A stretch of 64,000 bases of DNA from an uncultured Pelagibacteraceae bacterium (GTDB lineage Bacteria > Pseudomonadota > Alphaproteobacteria > Pelagibacterales > AG-422-B15). A model generated the notes under the pieces. The model saw only the letters and a program-made list of their open reading frames with translations, was not told where the DNA came from and searched no databases. The stretch spans positions 19,514 to 83,513 of the forward strand of contig CABYZQ010000003.1 of NCBI GenBank assembly GCA_902523535.1. Direction: 5' to 3'. Made by a program: the position numbers and the translations under genes. Positions 42,949-52,712 of this stretch are shown here, one piece after another; the stretch's first letter is position 1, and each line of letters begins with the position of its first letter.

Positions 42949-43522
42949 CGATAAAGAACATTTGTCTCCATTAGTTGATAAAATTGCAATCAACTCAGAT
43001 AATATTTCTCTACAGCAAAATGAATTTATTGGAAAACTAAACTTAAGAGTGAAAGAAAACGATCTAAAGGCAAGAGAAGTAATTGAAAATTATTTTGATT
43101 ATAATCTTCCAAAATCATCAGGAGAAGTTAGTGGCAACGATGAAGGCAGAGTATTGTGGCTCGGTCCCAATGAGTATCTAATTCTATGTAGTGAACAAAA
43201 TAAATCGAATATTATCAATAATTTAAATGAAAATCTTAAAACATCATTTTATGCTCTCACTGATGTTTCTGATTATTATCTTACAATGAGACTAAGTGGA
43301 CCCAAAAGCATTGAGGTGCTTAGCAAAGCTTGCCCACTTAATTTTGAAAAAAATTTACTGAAAAAAAACTCATGTGCACAATCATATATCAGTAAAGCAA
43401 CAGTATTGATTGACAGATTATCTGACGAACCTATTTTCGATATCTCAGTTCGTTGGAGTTTTGCTGAATACTTATGGGATTGGTTGGCAGATTCAAGTAG
43501 TGAATTCGTAATCAGTGAGTAG
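42941..43522 (+). CDS. soxG: sarcosine oxidase subunit gamma
   Basis: VLWLGPNEYLILC, LSGPKSIEVLSKACPLNF. I place the start at ATG 42941, overlapping the soxA stop. Confidence 0.88.
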   Translation: MNNDKEHLSPLVDKIAINSDNISLQQNEFIGKLNLRVKENDLKAREVIENYFDYNLPKSSGEVSGNDEGRVLWLGPNEYLILCSEQNKSNIINNLNENLKTSFYALTDVSDYYLTMRLSGPKSIEVLSKACPLNFEKNLLKKNSCAQSYISKATVLIDRLSDEPIFDISVRWSFAEYLWDWLADSSSEFVISE

Positions 43523-43530
43523 TATTTATT

Positions 43531-43878
43531 ATGAAAATTTCGCTAATACTTGCTCTATCCCGATCAATATTGAAAAGATGTCCGCGCTGTGGCAAAGCCA
43601 GTATTTATAAAAGATACCTTAAGCTAAAATCAAATTGTAATCATTGCGATGAGCAGCTCTCAATTTATAGAACTGATGACTTTGGGCCATGGCTTACAAT
43701 CATTATTGCTGGCCACATTATTGTCCCCCTCGTTTTATTTATTGAACAAGTTTACGCCCCTGATCTTTGGTTGCAAGTTGTGACGTGGATTCCATTAACT
43801 ATAGCAACAGTACTTTTTATACTTCCCGTATCTAAAAGTATTTGTTTAGCGATACTATGGAATCTAAATGACAAATAA
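43531..43878 (+). CDS. DUF983-family zinc-ribbon membrane protein
   Basis: RCPRCGKASIY...CNHCDE, then DDFGPWLTIIIAGHIIVPL, the DUF983 pattern. Confidence 0.75.
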   Translation: MKISLILALSRSILKRCPRCGKASIYKRYLKLKSNCNHCDEQLSIYRTDDFGPWLTIIIAGHIIVPLVLFIEQVYAPDLWLQVVTWIPLTIATVLFILPVSKSICLAILWNLNDK

Positions 43879-44905
43879 TTTTATCAAAGTAGCTTTATTG
43901 ATCGTTTCTCTATTATATTCTCTGCCAACCTACTCTAACGAAGTGATTAATAGTTCGGTGCATCATCTTTCTGATGGTACATACGCAAATACTAGTGGAG
44001 TAGCATATGAGAGTAGCTTTAATAAATTATTAAAATGGAGTTGGGAGAGAAGAAGTAAAAATTTAGAAACTTTTGAATTTGAAGTTGAAGTGCCTAATTA
44101 CAAAGAAATTTATGAAAATGAGAATATTGTTACTACCTGGATTGGGCATGAAACTTTTTTGTATCAAAATAAAGATATAAATGTTCTTACAGATCCACAT
44201 TTTACACAGAGAGCATCCCCATTAAATTTTGCAGGACCCAAGAGATATATGGCGCCTGGAATGAAGATTGATGATTTACCTAATATTGACGTAGTTACTA
44301 TCTCGCACAGTCATTACGACCATCTTGATTACATGAGTGTAAAATTATTAGCTGAAAAATTTGATAACATACTTTTCCTTGTTCCTCTGGGTCTAAAAAA
44401 ATGGTTTGAGAGCAAAGGTATTTATAATGTTAGGGAGCTTGATTGGTGGGACTCTCTAATAATTCAAGAAACACTTATTACCTTCGCTCCAGTGCAACAT
44501 TGGTCTGCTCGTGGTTTATTTGATCGAAATGAAACTTTATGGGGCGCATGGCATTTTAAAAACAAGTTTCACAGCTTTATACACTTAGGAGATACTGGAT
44601 ACACAGATGATTTTAAGGCAATCAAAGAAAAATTGGGCCCAGTTGATCTAGCGGCAATCCCCATTGGAGCTTATGAACCAAGGTGGATCATGGAATTCTC
44701 TCATATAAACCCTGAGGAAGCTGTGATGACATTTCTTGACTTGGAAGCAAGTAAAGCTATCGGCATGGCATGGGGAACTTTTATCTTAACTGATGAGCCG
44801 GTTACGGAACCTCCTCGCCAGTTACTAAAAGAACTAAAAAAATACAATATACCAAATGAAGATTTTTTTACTTTAAAGCACGGCGAAAGTTATTTGATTG
44901 ATTGA
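43868..44905 (+). CDS. MBL-fold metallo-hydrolase (NAPE-PLD-like)
   Basis: Signal/TM N-terminus, WIGHETFL, and ISHSHYDHLD (HxHxDH). Confidence 0.8.
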   Translation: MTNNFIKVALLIVSLLYSLPTYSNEVINSSVHHLSDGTYANTSGVAYESSFNKLLKWSWERRSKNLETFEFEVEVPNYKEIYENENIVTTWIGHETFLYQNKDINVLTDPHFTQRASPLNFAGPKRYMAPGMKIDDLPNIDVVTISHSHYDHLDYMSVKLLAEKFDNILFLVPLGLKKWFESKGIYNVRELDWWDSLIIQETLITFAPVQHWSARGLFDRNETLWGAWHFKNKFHSFIHLGDTGYTDDFKAIKEKLGPVDLAAIPIGAYEPRWIMEFSHINPEEAVMTFLDLEASKAIGMAWGTFILTDEPVTEPPRQLLKELKKYNIPNEDFFTLKHGESYLID

Positions 44906-45780
44906 AGCTTAACTTTTGAAAGAAGAAATAGTGCAATAAATGAGATATAGGCACCTAATATAAAGGAGCTCATGCCAATTTCGAACCACTCAGGTAAAAT
45001 AACTTGATCAAATCCAGTTTCTAAAAATTTATTTAAAATTAGAAAGACAATTAATGCCAATGAACACGAAAAATAGTGCATAAAGATATTTGATACCCGT
45101 TCGTAACCAAAATATTTTTTATCTAAATCTGATCCTATCATGAAGCCCAATATAAGTCCTCCCAAACCTGTAACTAATTCATGACCATGATCCATTGGCC
45201 ACGAGAAATAAAACACGATCAGTAGAATAATCGTTAATACATATTTAAATAGTTTGTTTAAATTATATTTTCCCAAGTCAATATTTTGATAAAATAGATG
45301 AGCGGCATATAGAGTGAATAACCCCACTATCATTCCACCAAGAATATCTTCGATATCATGTACGCCAAGGTAGATACGACTAAAAGGCACACCTAATAAA
45401 AAAATAATTGATACAATTTTCGCAAAGAGATTCTTTACATTGAGTGCAATATAAAGCCATATAACAACTGCTATTTGAGTATGACCACTTGGAAACCCAA
45501 AAGAGGTTTCTGCTTGAAGCCACGGATCTATATTGAGATAGAGATCTGGCCTTGGGTCTTGAAAAAAATCTTTTAACCAAGAATTAATTATCGCACTAAA
45601 AAATACAATTAGAACTAGTCTACCAAATATTTTCCTATCAAAGCACCAATAAGTAAATGGAATGAACATAAAAAGAAAATCTCTGTACCCAAGCCATGTT
45701 AAAAACTCAAATATTGGAGTTAAAAATGGAGATCTTAAGTTAACAACCCAGGAAATATCTGTTAGCATTTGATAAAACAT
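44890..45780 (-). CDS. PAP2-family phosphatase (membrane)
   Basis: KDFFQDPRP, PSGHT, and SRIYLGVHDIEDILGG, the three PAP2 motifs. Confidence 0.85.
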   Translation of the reverse strand: MFYQMLTDISWVVNLRSPFLTPIFEFLTWLGYRDFLFMFIPFTYWCFDRKIFGRLVLIVFFSAIINSWLKDFFQDPRPDLYLNIDPWLQAETSFGFPSGHTQIAVVIWLYIALNVKNLFAKIVSIIFLLGVPFSRIYLGVHDIEDILGGMIVGLFTLYAAHLFYQNIDLGKYNLNKLFKYVLTIILLIVFYFSWPMDHGHELVTGLGGLILGFMIGSDLDKKYFGYERVSNIFMHYFSCSLALIVFLILNKFLETGFDQVILPEWFEIGMSSFILGAYISFIALFLLSKVKLQSIK

Positions 45781-45837
45781 TTACTCGCCTTATTTATTAC
45801 ATTATATAATCAATTTTTAATTTTAAAATTAATTATT

Positions 45838-46788
45838 ATGAAAGCAATTGGATATAATTCATATGGAGGCATTGACAAACTCCAAATATTAGAAGTTGAG
45901 AGTCCAAAACCAAAGCGTCATGAGGTTGCCGTTAAAGTCTCAGCAATTTCAATTAATCCTGTTGACTTAAAAAAAATGAGAGGTGGGTTTAAGCCCATTA
46001 CTAGCATAAAAAAATTTCCAATAATAACTGCATGTGATTTTAGCGGTGAAATAGTTGAAATTGGCAATGACGTTGGTGCGTTTAAGGTCGGCGACAAGGT
46101 ATTTGGCATGCAGGATATATTATTTAACGGAAGTGCAGCTGAAAAAATTACTATATCTCAGAAATATATATCTTTAGCTCCTAATAATTTTGGACTTTCC
46201 GATTCAGCGGCAATTCCTCAAGTGGGCAATACATCTTTATTAGCGCTAAGAAATATAGCGTCTTTAAGAAAAGGACATAAATTGTTAATCAATGGTGCCT
46301 CGGGAGGAGTTGGTACATTTGCACTTCAAATGGCAAAAATATATGAGGCCGATATTACCGCTGTAACAAGCGATAGAAATATTGAATGGATAAAAAATGA
46401 ATTTGATATCGAAAATATTATTGATTATACAAAAACTGACATCACTGATACATCCGATAAATACGATATTATTTTTGATGCTAACGGAAATCTTTCCTTT
46501 CCAAAAATTTCTAATTCTTTGTCGACAAATGGTATTTATGTTACAACAAAATTTAATATCTATAATAACATTGATACTGCAAAACAGTTTTTTAAACGAA
46601 AAAAATCTCGTACAGTACTTTCTGGTAGAACATCTACATCAAACCTTGATATGTTCAGGATGTGGATGGAAGACGGTAAATTGAAACCTGTAATTGAAAA
46701 AACTTATTCATTTGACCAGTACCATGAGGCTTATGAGCATTTATCAAGTGGTAGGGCAAAAGGAAAATTGTTAATAAAAATTAATTAA
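45838..46788 (+). CDS. NAD(P)H-dependent medium-chain reductase (quinone oxidoreductase/zeta-crystallin-like)
   Basis: MKAIGYNSYGG.., HEVAVKV.AISINPVD, GDKVFG, and INGASGGVGTFALQMAK. I place the start at ATG 45838; the track's 45769 start adds a hydrophobic extension that overlaps the PAP2 gene. Confidence 0.8.
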   Translation: MKAIGYNSYGGIDKLQILEVESPKPKRHEVAVKVSAISINPVDLKKMRGGFKPITSIKKFPIITACDFSGEIVEIGNDVGAFKVGDKVFGMQDILFNGSAAEKITISQKYISLAPNNFGLSDSAAIPQVGNTSLLALRNIASLRKGHKLLINGASGGVGTFALQMAKIYEADITAVTSDRNIEWIKNEFDIENIIDYTKTDITDTSDKYDIIFDANGNLSFPKISNSLSTNGIYVTTKFNIYNNIDTAKQFFKRKKSRTVLSGRTSTSNLDMFRMWMEDGKLKPVIEKTYSFDQYHEAYEHLSSGRAKGKLLIKIN

Positions 46789-46790
46789 TT

Positions 46791-47636
46791 ATGCGCAGTA
46801 CTATTAACCAGATTATATCGCCAATAAACACATCAGATGGCGCAGGTGTTAAATTAAAGAGATCAATTGGCACTCAGCTTATTGATTATTTTGACCCATT
46901 CTTAATGCTGGATGAATTTGGCTCTGATAAAAGTGATGATTATCTTGGCGGGTTTCCAGCACACCCACATAGAGGCATAGAAACAGTTACATATATGCTA
47001 AATGGTGAATTTGAACATAAGGATAGTACCGGGGCAGTAGGGATCATGAAGTCAGGTGATGTTCAGTGGATGAAGACAGGAAGTGGGATTATTCACTCAG
47101 AAATGCCAGCAATGTCTGAAGGAAAGCTGCATGGCTTCCAGCTTTGGATCAATATGCCTGCAGAAAAAAAAATGGACGACCCAGAATATATTTACTTAGA
47201 TTCAAATCAAATCAAAACATATGAAGATAGTGATGTTAAAGTGAAGGTTATTGCTGGCTCCTTTAAAGAAATAGAAGGGTCTATAAAAAAACATAACGTT
47301 AATCCAACATATCTTGATATTCAAATAACGAGCAACCAGCCATTTACATACAATCTAGATAAAGAATACAATTCATTTATTTACGTATACTCTGGCAGCA
47401 TTCATTTGGATGGTGAAAATAGTGAAATTAAGAGTTCGCATTTAATTACTTTTAATCAAGGTGGAAGTTTAGTGGTTACAAGTGAAAACAAAGCAAAGTT
47501 TCTATTAGTGTCTGGCAAGCCAATTGGTGAACCGATTGCCAGAGGCGGTCCTTTTGTAATGAATACAAGAGAAGAAATTATTTCTGCTATCAGTGATTAT
47601 AACAATGGCACATTTGTTAAAGCGGGTGTGAAGTAA
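46791..47636 (+). CDS. pirin-family protein
   Basis: GFPAHPHRGIETVTYML.G, DVQWMKTGSGIIHSEMP, and RGGPFVMNT. Confidence 0.9.
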   Translation: MRSTINQIISPINTSDGAGVKLKRSIGTQLIDYFDPFLMLDEFGSDKSDDYLGGFPAHPHRGIETVTYMLNGEFEHKDSTGAVGIMKSGDVQWMKTGSGIIHSEMPAMSEGKLHGFQLWINMPAEKKMDDPEYIYLDSNQIKTYEDSDVKVKVIAGSFKEIEGSIKKHNVNPTYLDIQITSNQPFTYNLDKEYNSFIYVYSGSIHLDGENSEIKSSHLITFNQGGSLVVTSENKAKFLLVSGKPIGEPIARGGPFVMNTREEIISAISDYNNGTFVKAGVK

Positions 47637-48101
47637 ATGAAAAGTATTTACGATTTTTCCGTAAAAGACATTGATCACGAAGAAATCAGTCTTGAAAAAT
47701 TCAAGGGTAAAACTTTGCTTATTGTTAATGTTGCTAGTAGATGTGGTTTTACATCACAATACACGGGACTTCAGAGTTTATATGAAAAATATAAAGATAA
47801 AGGTTTTGAAATCTTAGCTTTTCCTTGTAACCAGTTTGGGTCACAGGAAAAAGGAACTAATGATGAGATCAAGGAATTTTGTAGCACTGAGTATAATGTG
47901 TCCTTTAAGTTATTTGATAAAATTGAAGTAATTGGCGACAATGCTTCACCTTTATTTAAAAAACTTACTCAAGATGCAGGTAGAGAAATACAATGGAATT
48001 TTACCAAATATCTAATAAATAAAGACGGTGATTTTGTACGTGGATTTGGAACTCAAAAAAAACCAGAAGAAATAGAAGAGCATATAGTTAAAATCTTATA
48101 A
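47637..48101 (+). CDS. glutathione peroxidase (Cys type)
   Basis: NVASRCGFT, FPCNQFG.QE, and WNFTKYLI. Confidence 0.92.
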   Translation: MKSIYDFSVKDIDHEEISLEKFKGKTLLIVNVASRCGFTSQYTGLQSLYEKYKDKGFEILAFPCNQFGSQEKGTNDEIKEFCSTEYNVSFKLFDKIEVIGDNASPLFKKLTQDAGREIQWNFTKYLINKDGDFVRGFGTQKKPEEIEEHIVKIL

Positions 48102-48103
48102 TT

Positions 48104-48679
48104 ATGGCAGATCAAATACATCAAATATTTACCGAACCGCAGACTTGCTATAAGTTTTTAGATAAAGAAGTCTCTAATCAATCTCTTGATGATTTGTATA
48201 GTTTACTAAAGTGGGGTCCTACATCTTTTAACTGCAGTCCTATGAGGTTAAAATTTCTTAAAAGCAAGCAAGCAAAAGAAAATTTATCACGATTTGTGAG
48301 TGAGGATAATGTAAGTAAAGTTCTGAACGCACCTGTTTGCACCATTATCGGTATGGATATCGAATTTTGGAGAGACTTACCAAAGAATTATCTTCGGGAG
48401 GATGCAAAACAATATTTTGAAAATGACTTAGAAAAATCTAAAATTACTGCATTTAGAAATTCATCAATACAGGGAGGCTATTTTTTAAAAGCAGCCAATG
48501 CGCTTGGTCTGGCTGTGGGTCCAATGTCTGGATTTTCCAACGAATTAGTTGATAAAGAATTTTTTAATGACACATCAATTAAAAGTAATTTTTTATGTAA
48601 CCTAGGTTACCCCGATAAAGATGGATATTATGGAAGAGCACCACGGTATAGCTTTAGTGATATTGCAGAAATTCTTTAA
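48104..48679 (+). CDS. RutE-like nitroreductase-family malonic semialdehyde reductase
   Basis: LKWGPTSFNCSPMRL, AFRNSSIQGGYFLKAANALGLAVGPMSGF and IKSNFLCNLGY are colinear with E. coli RutE as remembered. Confidence 0.75.
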   Translation: MADQIHQIFTEPQTCYKFLDKEVSNQSLDDLYSLLKWGPTSFNCSPMRLKFLKSKQAKENLSRFVSEDNVSKVLNAPVCTIIGMDIEFWRDLPKNYLREDAKQYFENDLEKSKITAFRNSSIQGGYFLKAANALGLAVGPMSGFSNELVDKEFFNDTSIKSNFLCNLGYPDKDGYYGRAPRYSFSDIAEIL

Positions 48680-49647
48680 GCCGCAATTAGATTTAAATAG
48701 GCATACTCAAGTTTTTGAATATCTCTTGATCTGATCAAATCATTGACTTCTTGCTTAAATTTTTTTGATCCAGGAACCCCAAAGCAAAGTGCTAAAAGGG
48801 GACTTAATAGTTCATAGGTTGAAATCAAATCAACATTCTCTTTTACATAATCAAAATATTTCTTTACTACGAAACTCCTATCTATCTCTATCTTTTCCAA
48901 GTTGTAAAATTTGGAGTCAACATCTTCTAAAAAAAATGGATTGGCTTGAATTGATCTTCCTACCATCACTCCATCTAGATAATTCAGCTGATCTAGACAA
49001 TCATCAATATTGTCCAAACCACCATTGATTATAAATTTAATATGTGGAAATTCTTTTTTAATTTTATAAACAAAGTCATATTTAAGTGGTGGTAACGTAC
49101 GGTTCCTTTTAGGGTCAAGACCTTTGAGGTATGCTTTACGCGCATGAATAAAGATAATTTTGATACCACTTTCAATTACTGTCGAAATAAAACTTTTGAA
49201 AAATTCATATGTGTCAAATTCATCTACTCCAATTCGACATTTTAACGAGACGTCAATTACAGTTTCAGCCTTCATTCCTTCTAAGCATTGTTTGACCAGA
49301 TTTGCTTCCTTCATCAGACATGCGCCCATTTTACCTTGTGATACTTTTTTTGAAGGGCAGCCGACATTTAGATTTATTCCTTGATAGTTATGTTTATTTG
49401 CTAGTTCTGTTGAATATTTCAATAGGTTGATATCAGAACCTCCTACTTGAAGAACCACAGGTGACTCTATAGTTTCCTTTCTGAGCATTTTCTTAAAGTC
49501 ACCTCGATGCAACGCTTGGCTGGCTATCATTTCTGTAAATAAAATTGCTTCTTTAGAAATCAATCTATACATATAGCGTGCGCTTGATGTGGTTACACCC
49601 ATCATTGGTGCGACAGAAAACTTATAATCTAAATTTAATTCATTCAT
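48676..49647 (-). CDS. dusA: tRNA-dihydrouridine(20/20a) synthase
   Basis: FSVAPMMGVTTSSARYMYRLIS, FTEMI, INLNVGCPS, and IHARKA.L.GL. Confidence 0.88.
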   Translation of the reverse strand: MNELNLDYKFSVAPMMGVTTSSARYMYRLISKEAILFTEMIASQALHRGDFKKMLRKETIESPVVLQVGGSDINLLKYSTELANKHNYQGINLNVGCPSKKVSQGKMGACLMKEANLVKQCLEGMKAETVIDVSLKCRIGVDEFDTYEFFKSFISTVIESGIKIIFIHARKAYLKGLDPKRNRTLPPLKYDFVYKIKKEFPHIKFIINGGLDNIDDCLDQLNYLDGVMVGRSIQANPFFLEDVDSKFYNLEKIEIDRSFVVKKYFDYVKENVDLISTYELLSPLLALCFGVPGSKKFKQEVNDLIRSRDIQKLEYAYLNLIAA

Positions 49648-50504
49648 ATTTTTTGTTTAATCGTAATTAAAACCCCACTACTAACAATGCAAAGAATACC
49701 AAAACACACAATTATATTTGGTATATCTTTAAAAAATAAAACGCTTATTAACATATTACTTATGATTTCAAAATAGTGAAATGGCGCTAAAATACTAGCT
49801 TCAGCATTCTGATAGGCTTTAATAAATATAAAATGTACCAAAATCACAACTAATCCAATTGAGCCCATCAATAAATATTGGTCAATTGATGGAAAGCTTT
49901 GCCAAAAAAATGGAAGACAAACTGTCATTATTGCTGCACCGGGTATAGCGGTATAGCACAAGCTTACCCAAGGATCAGAACTAAAATTAACCCGCCTCGT
50001 GTAGACTAAGTACATGGCATAACAAAATCCAGACAATAGAGCCAAAAGCGAATAGAAATTAAACTCCTCAAATCCAGGTTGTATTACTAGCAATGTTCCA
50101 AAAAAACCAAAGAAGGTGCAAAATATTTTAAAATAATTTAATTGTTCTTTCAGAATATAAGAAGACATGAATACTACGATGATTGGAGCTACGAGCATTA
50201 TACTTAAGGCATTAGCAAGAGGAATTTCTGATATAGCGCCATAGAAAAAAGCAGTAGCTAAAAAAATAAAAATTCCTCTAACAATTTGATGTTTAGATGA
50301 AGAATTAAAAAATAGTTTTTTTCCTTTTATGAAATAAACAAGAGGCACCAGAAAAATAAAATGACTAAAAAACCTAGCCCAGATGATTTCTAAAATGTGA
50401 ATGTCTTCACTTAAGTATTTAGCCAGGGCGTCATAAAGAGGCGCAATTAGTAATCCTAAGCATAATAACGATATGCCTAAGATAACATTCTGCTTTGGAA
50501 GCAT
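49644..50504 (-). CDS. EamA/DMT-family transporter
   Basis: 286 aa with 10 hydrophobic helices in two EamA repeats. Confidence 0.7.
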   Translation of the reverse strand: MLPKQNVILGISLLCLGLLIAPLYDALAKYLSEDIHILEIIWARFFSHFIFLVPLVYFIKGKKLFFNSSSKHQIVRGIFIFLATAFFYGAISEIPLANALSIMLVAPIIVVFMSSYILKEQLNYFKIFCTFFGFFGTLLVIQPGFEEFNFYSLLALLSGFCYAMYLVYTRRVNFSSDPWVSLCYTAIPGAAIMTVCLPFFWQSFPSIDQYLLMGSIGLVVILVHFIFIKAYQNAEASILAPFHYFEIISNMLISVLFFKDIPNIIVCFGILCIVSSGVLITIKQKI

Positions 50505-50507
50505 TAA

Positions 50508-51686
50508 TTATTTATTAAGCTCGCGCATGGCCTGATCAATACCTTCAATAGTTAAAGGAAACATTCTATCCGAAAAAATTTGCTTTATTATTGAAGCAGA
50601 TGATATGCGGTCCCAATACCTCTCTGGTATTGGATTTAACCATATTGCATTTTCATAGATATTCAGAAGCCTAGTTAGCCACGTTTCGCCTGACTCTTCA
50701 TTCCAAAATTCAACACTTCCACCCGGATATGTGATCTCATATGGACTCATTTCGGCATCACCAACAAATATAACTTTATAGTCTGAAGGGTATTTATGAA
50801 GAAGATCCCAGGTCTTTATGTTCTCATTGTACCTTCTTTTATTATCTTTCCATACAGCGTCATAGAGACAGTTATGATAATAAAAATACTCCATGTGCTT
50901 AAATTCTGTTCTTGCTGCAGAAAAGAGCTCTTCACATATTTTCACATGAGCATCCATCGACCCACCCACATCGAAAAATAAAAGTACTTTTATCTTATTC
51001 CTACGTTCGGGCATCATCTTTACGTCAATGTAACCTTTATGTGCGGTAGATTTGATTGTATTATCTAAATCTAGTTCTGTTTCAACTCCTTCACGAGCAA
51101 ACTTTCTTAGTCTTCGAAGCGCAACTTTAATATTACGTGTTCCCAACTCAACATCACCATCGAGGTTACTAAATTCTCTTTTGTCCCATACTTTTACAGC
51201 TTTTTTACTTCGACTTTCTTTTTGACCAATCCGAATGCCTTCAGGATTATATCCATATGCGCCGAAAGGAGATGTTCCTCCAGTACCAATCCACTTGCTA
51301 CCGCCTTGGTGACGTTTTTTTTGTTCTTCTAAACGTTGTTTCAATGTTTCCATTAGCTTGTCCCAACCGCCTAAGGACTCAACCATTTTTTTCTCTTCGT
51401 CAGTAAGGTATTTTTGCCCCATGAGCTTCAACCACTCTTCTGGTATTTCTTTTTCTGTTTCGCCTTCAGAATTTTCAAGTCCTTTAAAAGAATGTCCAAA
51501 GACTCTGTCAAATTTGTCTAGATACCTCTCGTCTTTAACTAGTGCTGATCGACTTAAGTAATAAAAATCATTTACATTAAAAGAGTCTACAACCCTTTTA
51601 TTCATGGCTTCCATGAGCATTAAATATTCCTTTAAGGATACAGGTAAACTTGCTTGCTTAAGGTCAAAGAAGAAATTAATGAACAT
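50508..51686 (-). CDS. VWA-domain protein, CoxE-like
   Basis: 392 aa. C-terminal VWA/MIDAS-like VLLFFDVGGSMD and VIFVGDAEM. Paired with the upstream MoxR-type ATPase. Confidence 0.75.
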   Translation of the reverse strand: MFINFFFDLKQASLPVSLKEYLMLMEAMNKRVVDSFNVNDFYYLSRSALVKDERYLDKFDRVFGHSFKGLENSEGETEKEIPEEWLKLMGQKYLTDEEKKMVESLGGWDKLMETLKQRLEEQKKRHQGGSKWIGTGGTSPFGAYGYNPEGIRIGQKESRSKKAVKVWDKREFSNLDGDVELGTRNIKVALRRLRKFAREGVETELDLDNTIKSTAHKGYIDVKMMPERRNKIKVLLFFDVGGSMDAHVKICEELFSAARTEFKHMEYFYYHNCLYDAVWKDNKRRYNENIKTWDLLHKYPSDYKVIFVGDAEMSPYEITYPGGSVEFWNEESGETWLTRLLNIYENAIWLNPIPERYWDRISSASIIKQIFSDRMFPLTIEGIDQAMRELNK

Positions 51687-51714
51687 ATTAATTTATCTTA
51701 ATGAAAAATCAGTT

Positions 51715-52569
51715 CTACTCAAGATTCTCATTTTCTCTTCGAGAGATAAAGGCTAATCTCTCAAATAAATGGACATCTTGCTCATTTTTTAGAAGGGCTC
51801 CATGAAGAGGCGGAATTAGTTTTTTAGGATCTTTTTCCCTCAATATTTTTGCATCCACGTCATCTGTCATCAACAATTTAAGCCAATCAATAAGCTCTGA
51901 TGTTGACGGCTTTTTTTTGATACCTGGGACTTCTCTAATATCATAAAAAATCTTAAATGCTTCTTGTATTAGGTCTTTTTTAATTTCTGGATAATGTACA
52001 TTAACAATCTCTTCCATAGTATCTGGATCAGGAAACTTAATATAATGAAAAAAACATCTCCTTAAAAAGGCATCAGGTAGTTCTTTTTCGTTATTTGAAG
52101 TAATGATTACAATAGGTCTATTTTCTGCCTTTATGGTTTCTCCTGTCTCATAAACAAAAAATTCCATTTTATCAAGTTCGAGAAGAAGATCATTTGGAAA
52201 TTCAATATCTGCTTTATCAATCTCATCAATTAAAAGTACAGGTCTTTTATTGCTTTCAAAAGCATTCCACAATTTACCTTTACTTATATAATTTTTAATG
52301 TCTTTAACCTTTTCATCTCCAAGCTGAGAGTCTCTTAACCTAGTAACAGCATCATACTCATACAGCCCCTGTTGAGCTTTGGTAGTTGACTTAATATGCC
52401 ATGTGATAATCTCAGCCCCTAATGATTGAGCAACCTCATGAGCCAGCATAGTTTTGCCGGTGCCAGGCTCTCCTTTTACAATAATTGGTCTTTCCAAGGT
52501 TATGGCTGCATTAACTGCAACTTTTAGGTCCTCAGTAGCTATATATGAACTTGTGCCTTCAAATTTCAT
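51715..52569 (-). CDS. MoxR-type AAA+ ATPase (CoxD-like)
   Basis: Walker A GEPGTGKT, Walker B LLIDEIDKA, ITSN sensor, and the 284-aa size typical of the family. Confidence 0.85.
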   Translation of the reverse strand: MKFEGTSSYIATEDLKVAVNAAITLERPIIVKGEPGTGKTMLAHEVAQSLGAEIITWHIKSTTKAQQGLYEYDAVTRLRDSQLGDEKVKDIKNYISKGKLWNAFESNKRPVLLIDEIDKADIEFPNDLLLELDKMEFFVYETGETIKAENRPIVIITSNNEKELPDAFLRRCFFHYIKFPDPDTMEEIVNVHYPEIKKDLIQEAFKIFYDIREVPGIKKKPSTSELIDWLKLLMTDDVDAKILREKDPKKLIPPLHGALLKNEQDVHLFERLAFISRRENENLE

Positions 52570-52712
52570 TAAATTCTTAAAATTGTTTCAGGAAACATAT
52601 TATATTTTAACTATATATCAATCATAAAAATTGTATTGTTCAATTGACTTAAATATCAAAAACTACTAAAAGCACCAGACTGTTTTTAATTCTAAATCCA
52701 AAAGGAGTAAAC

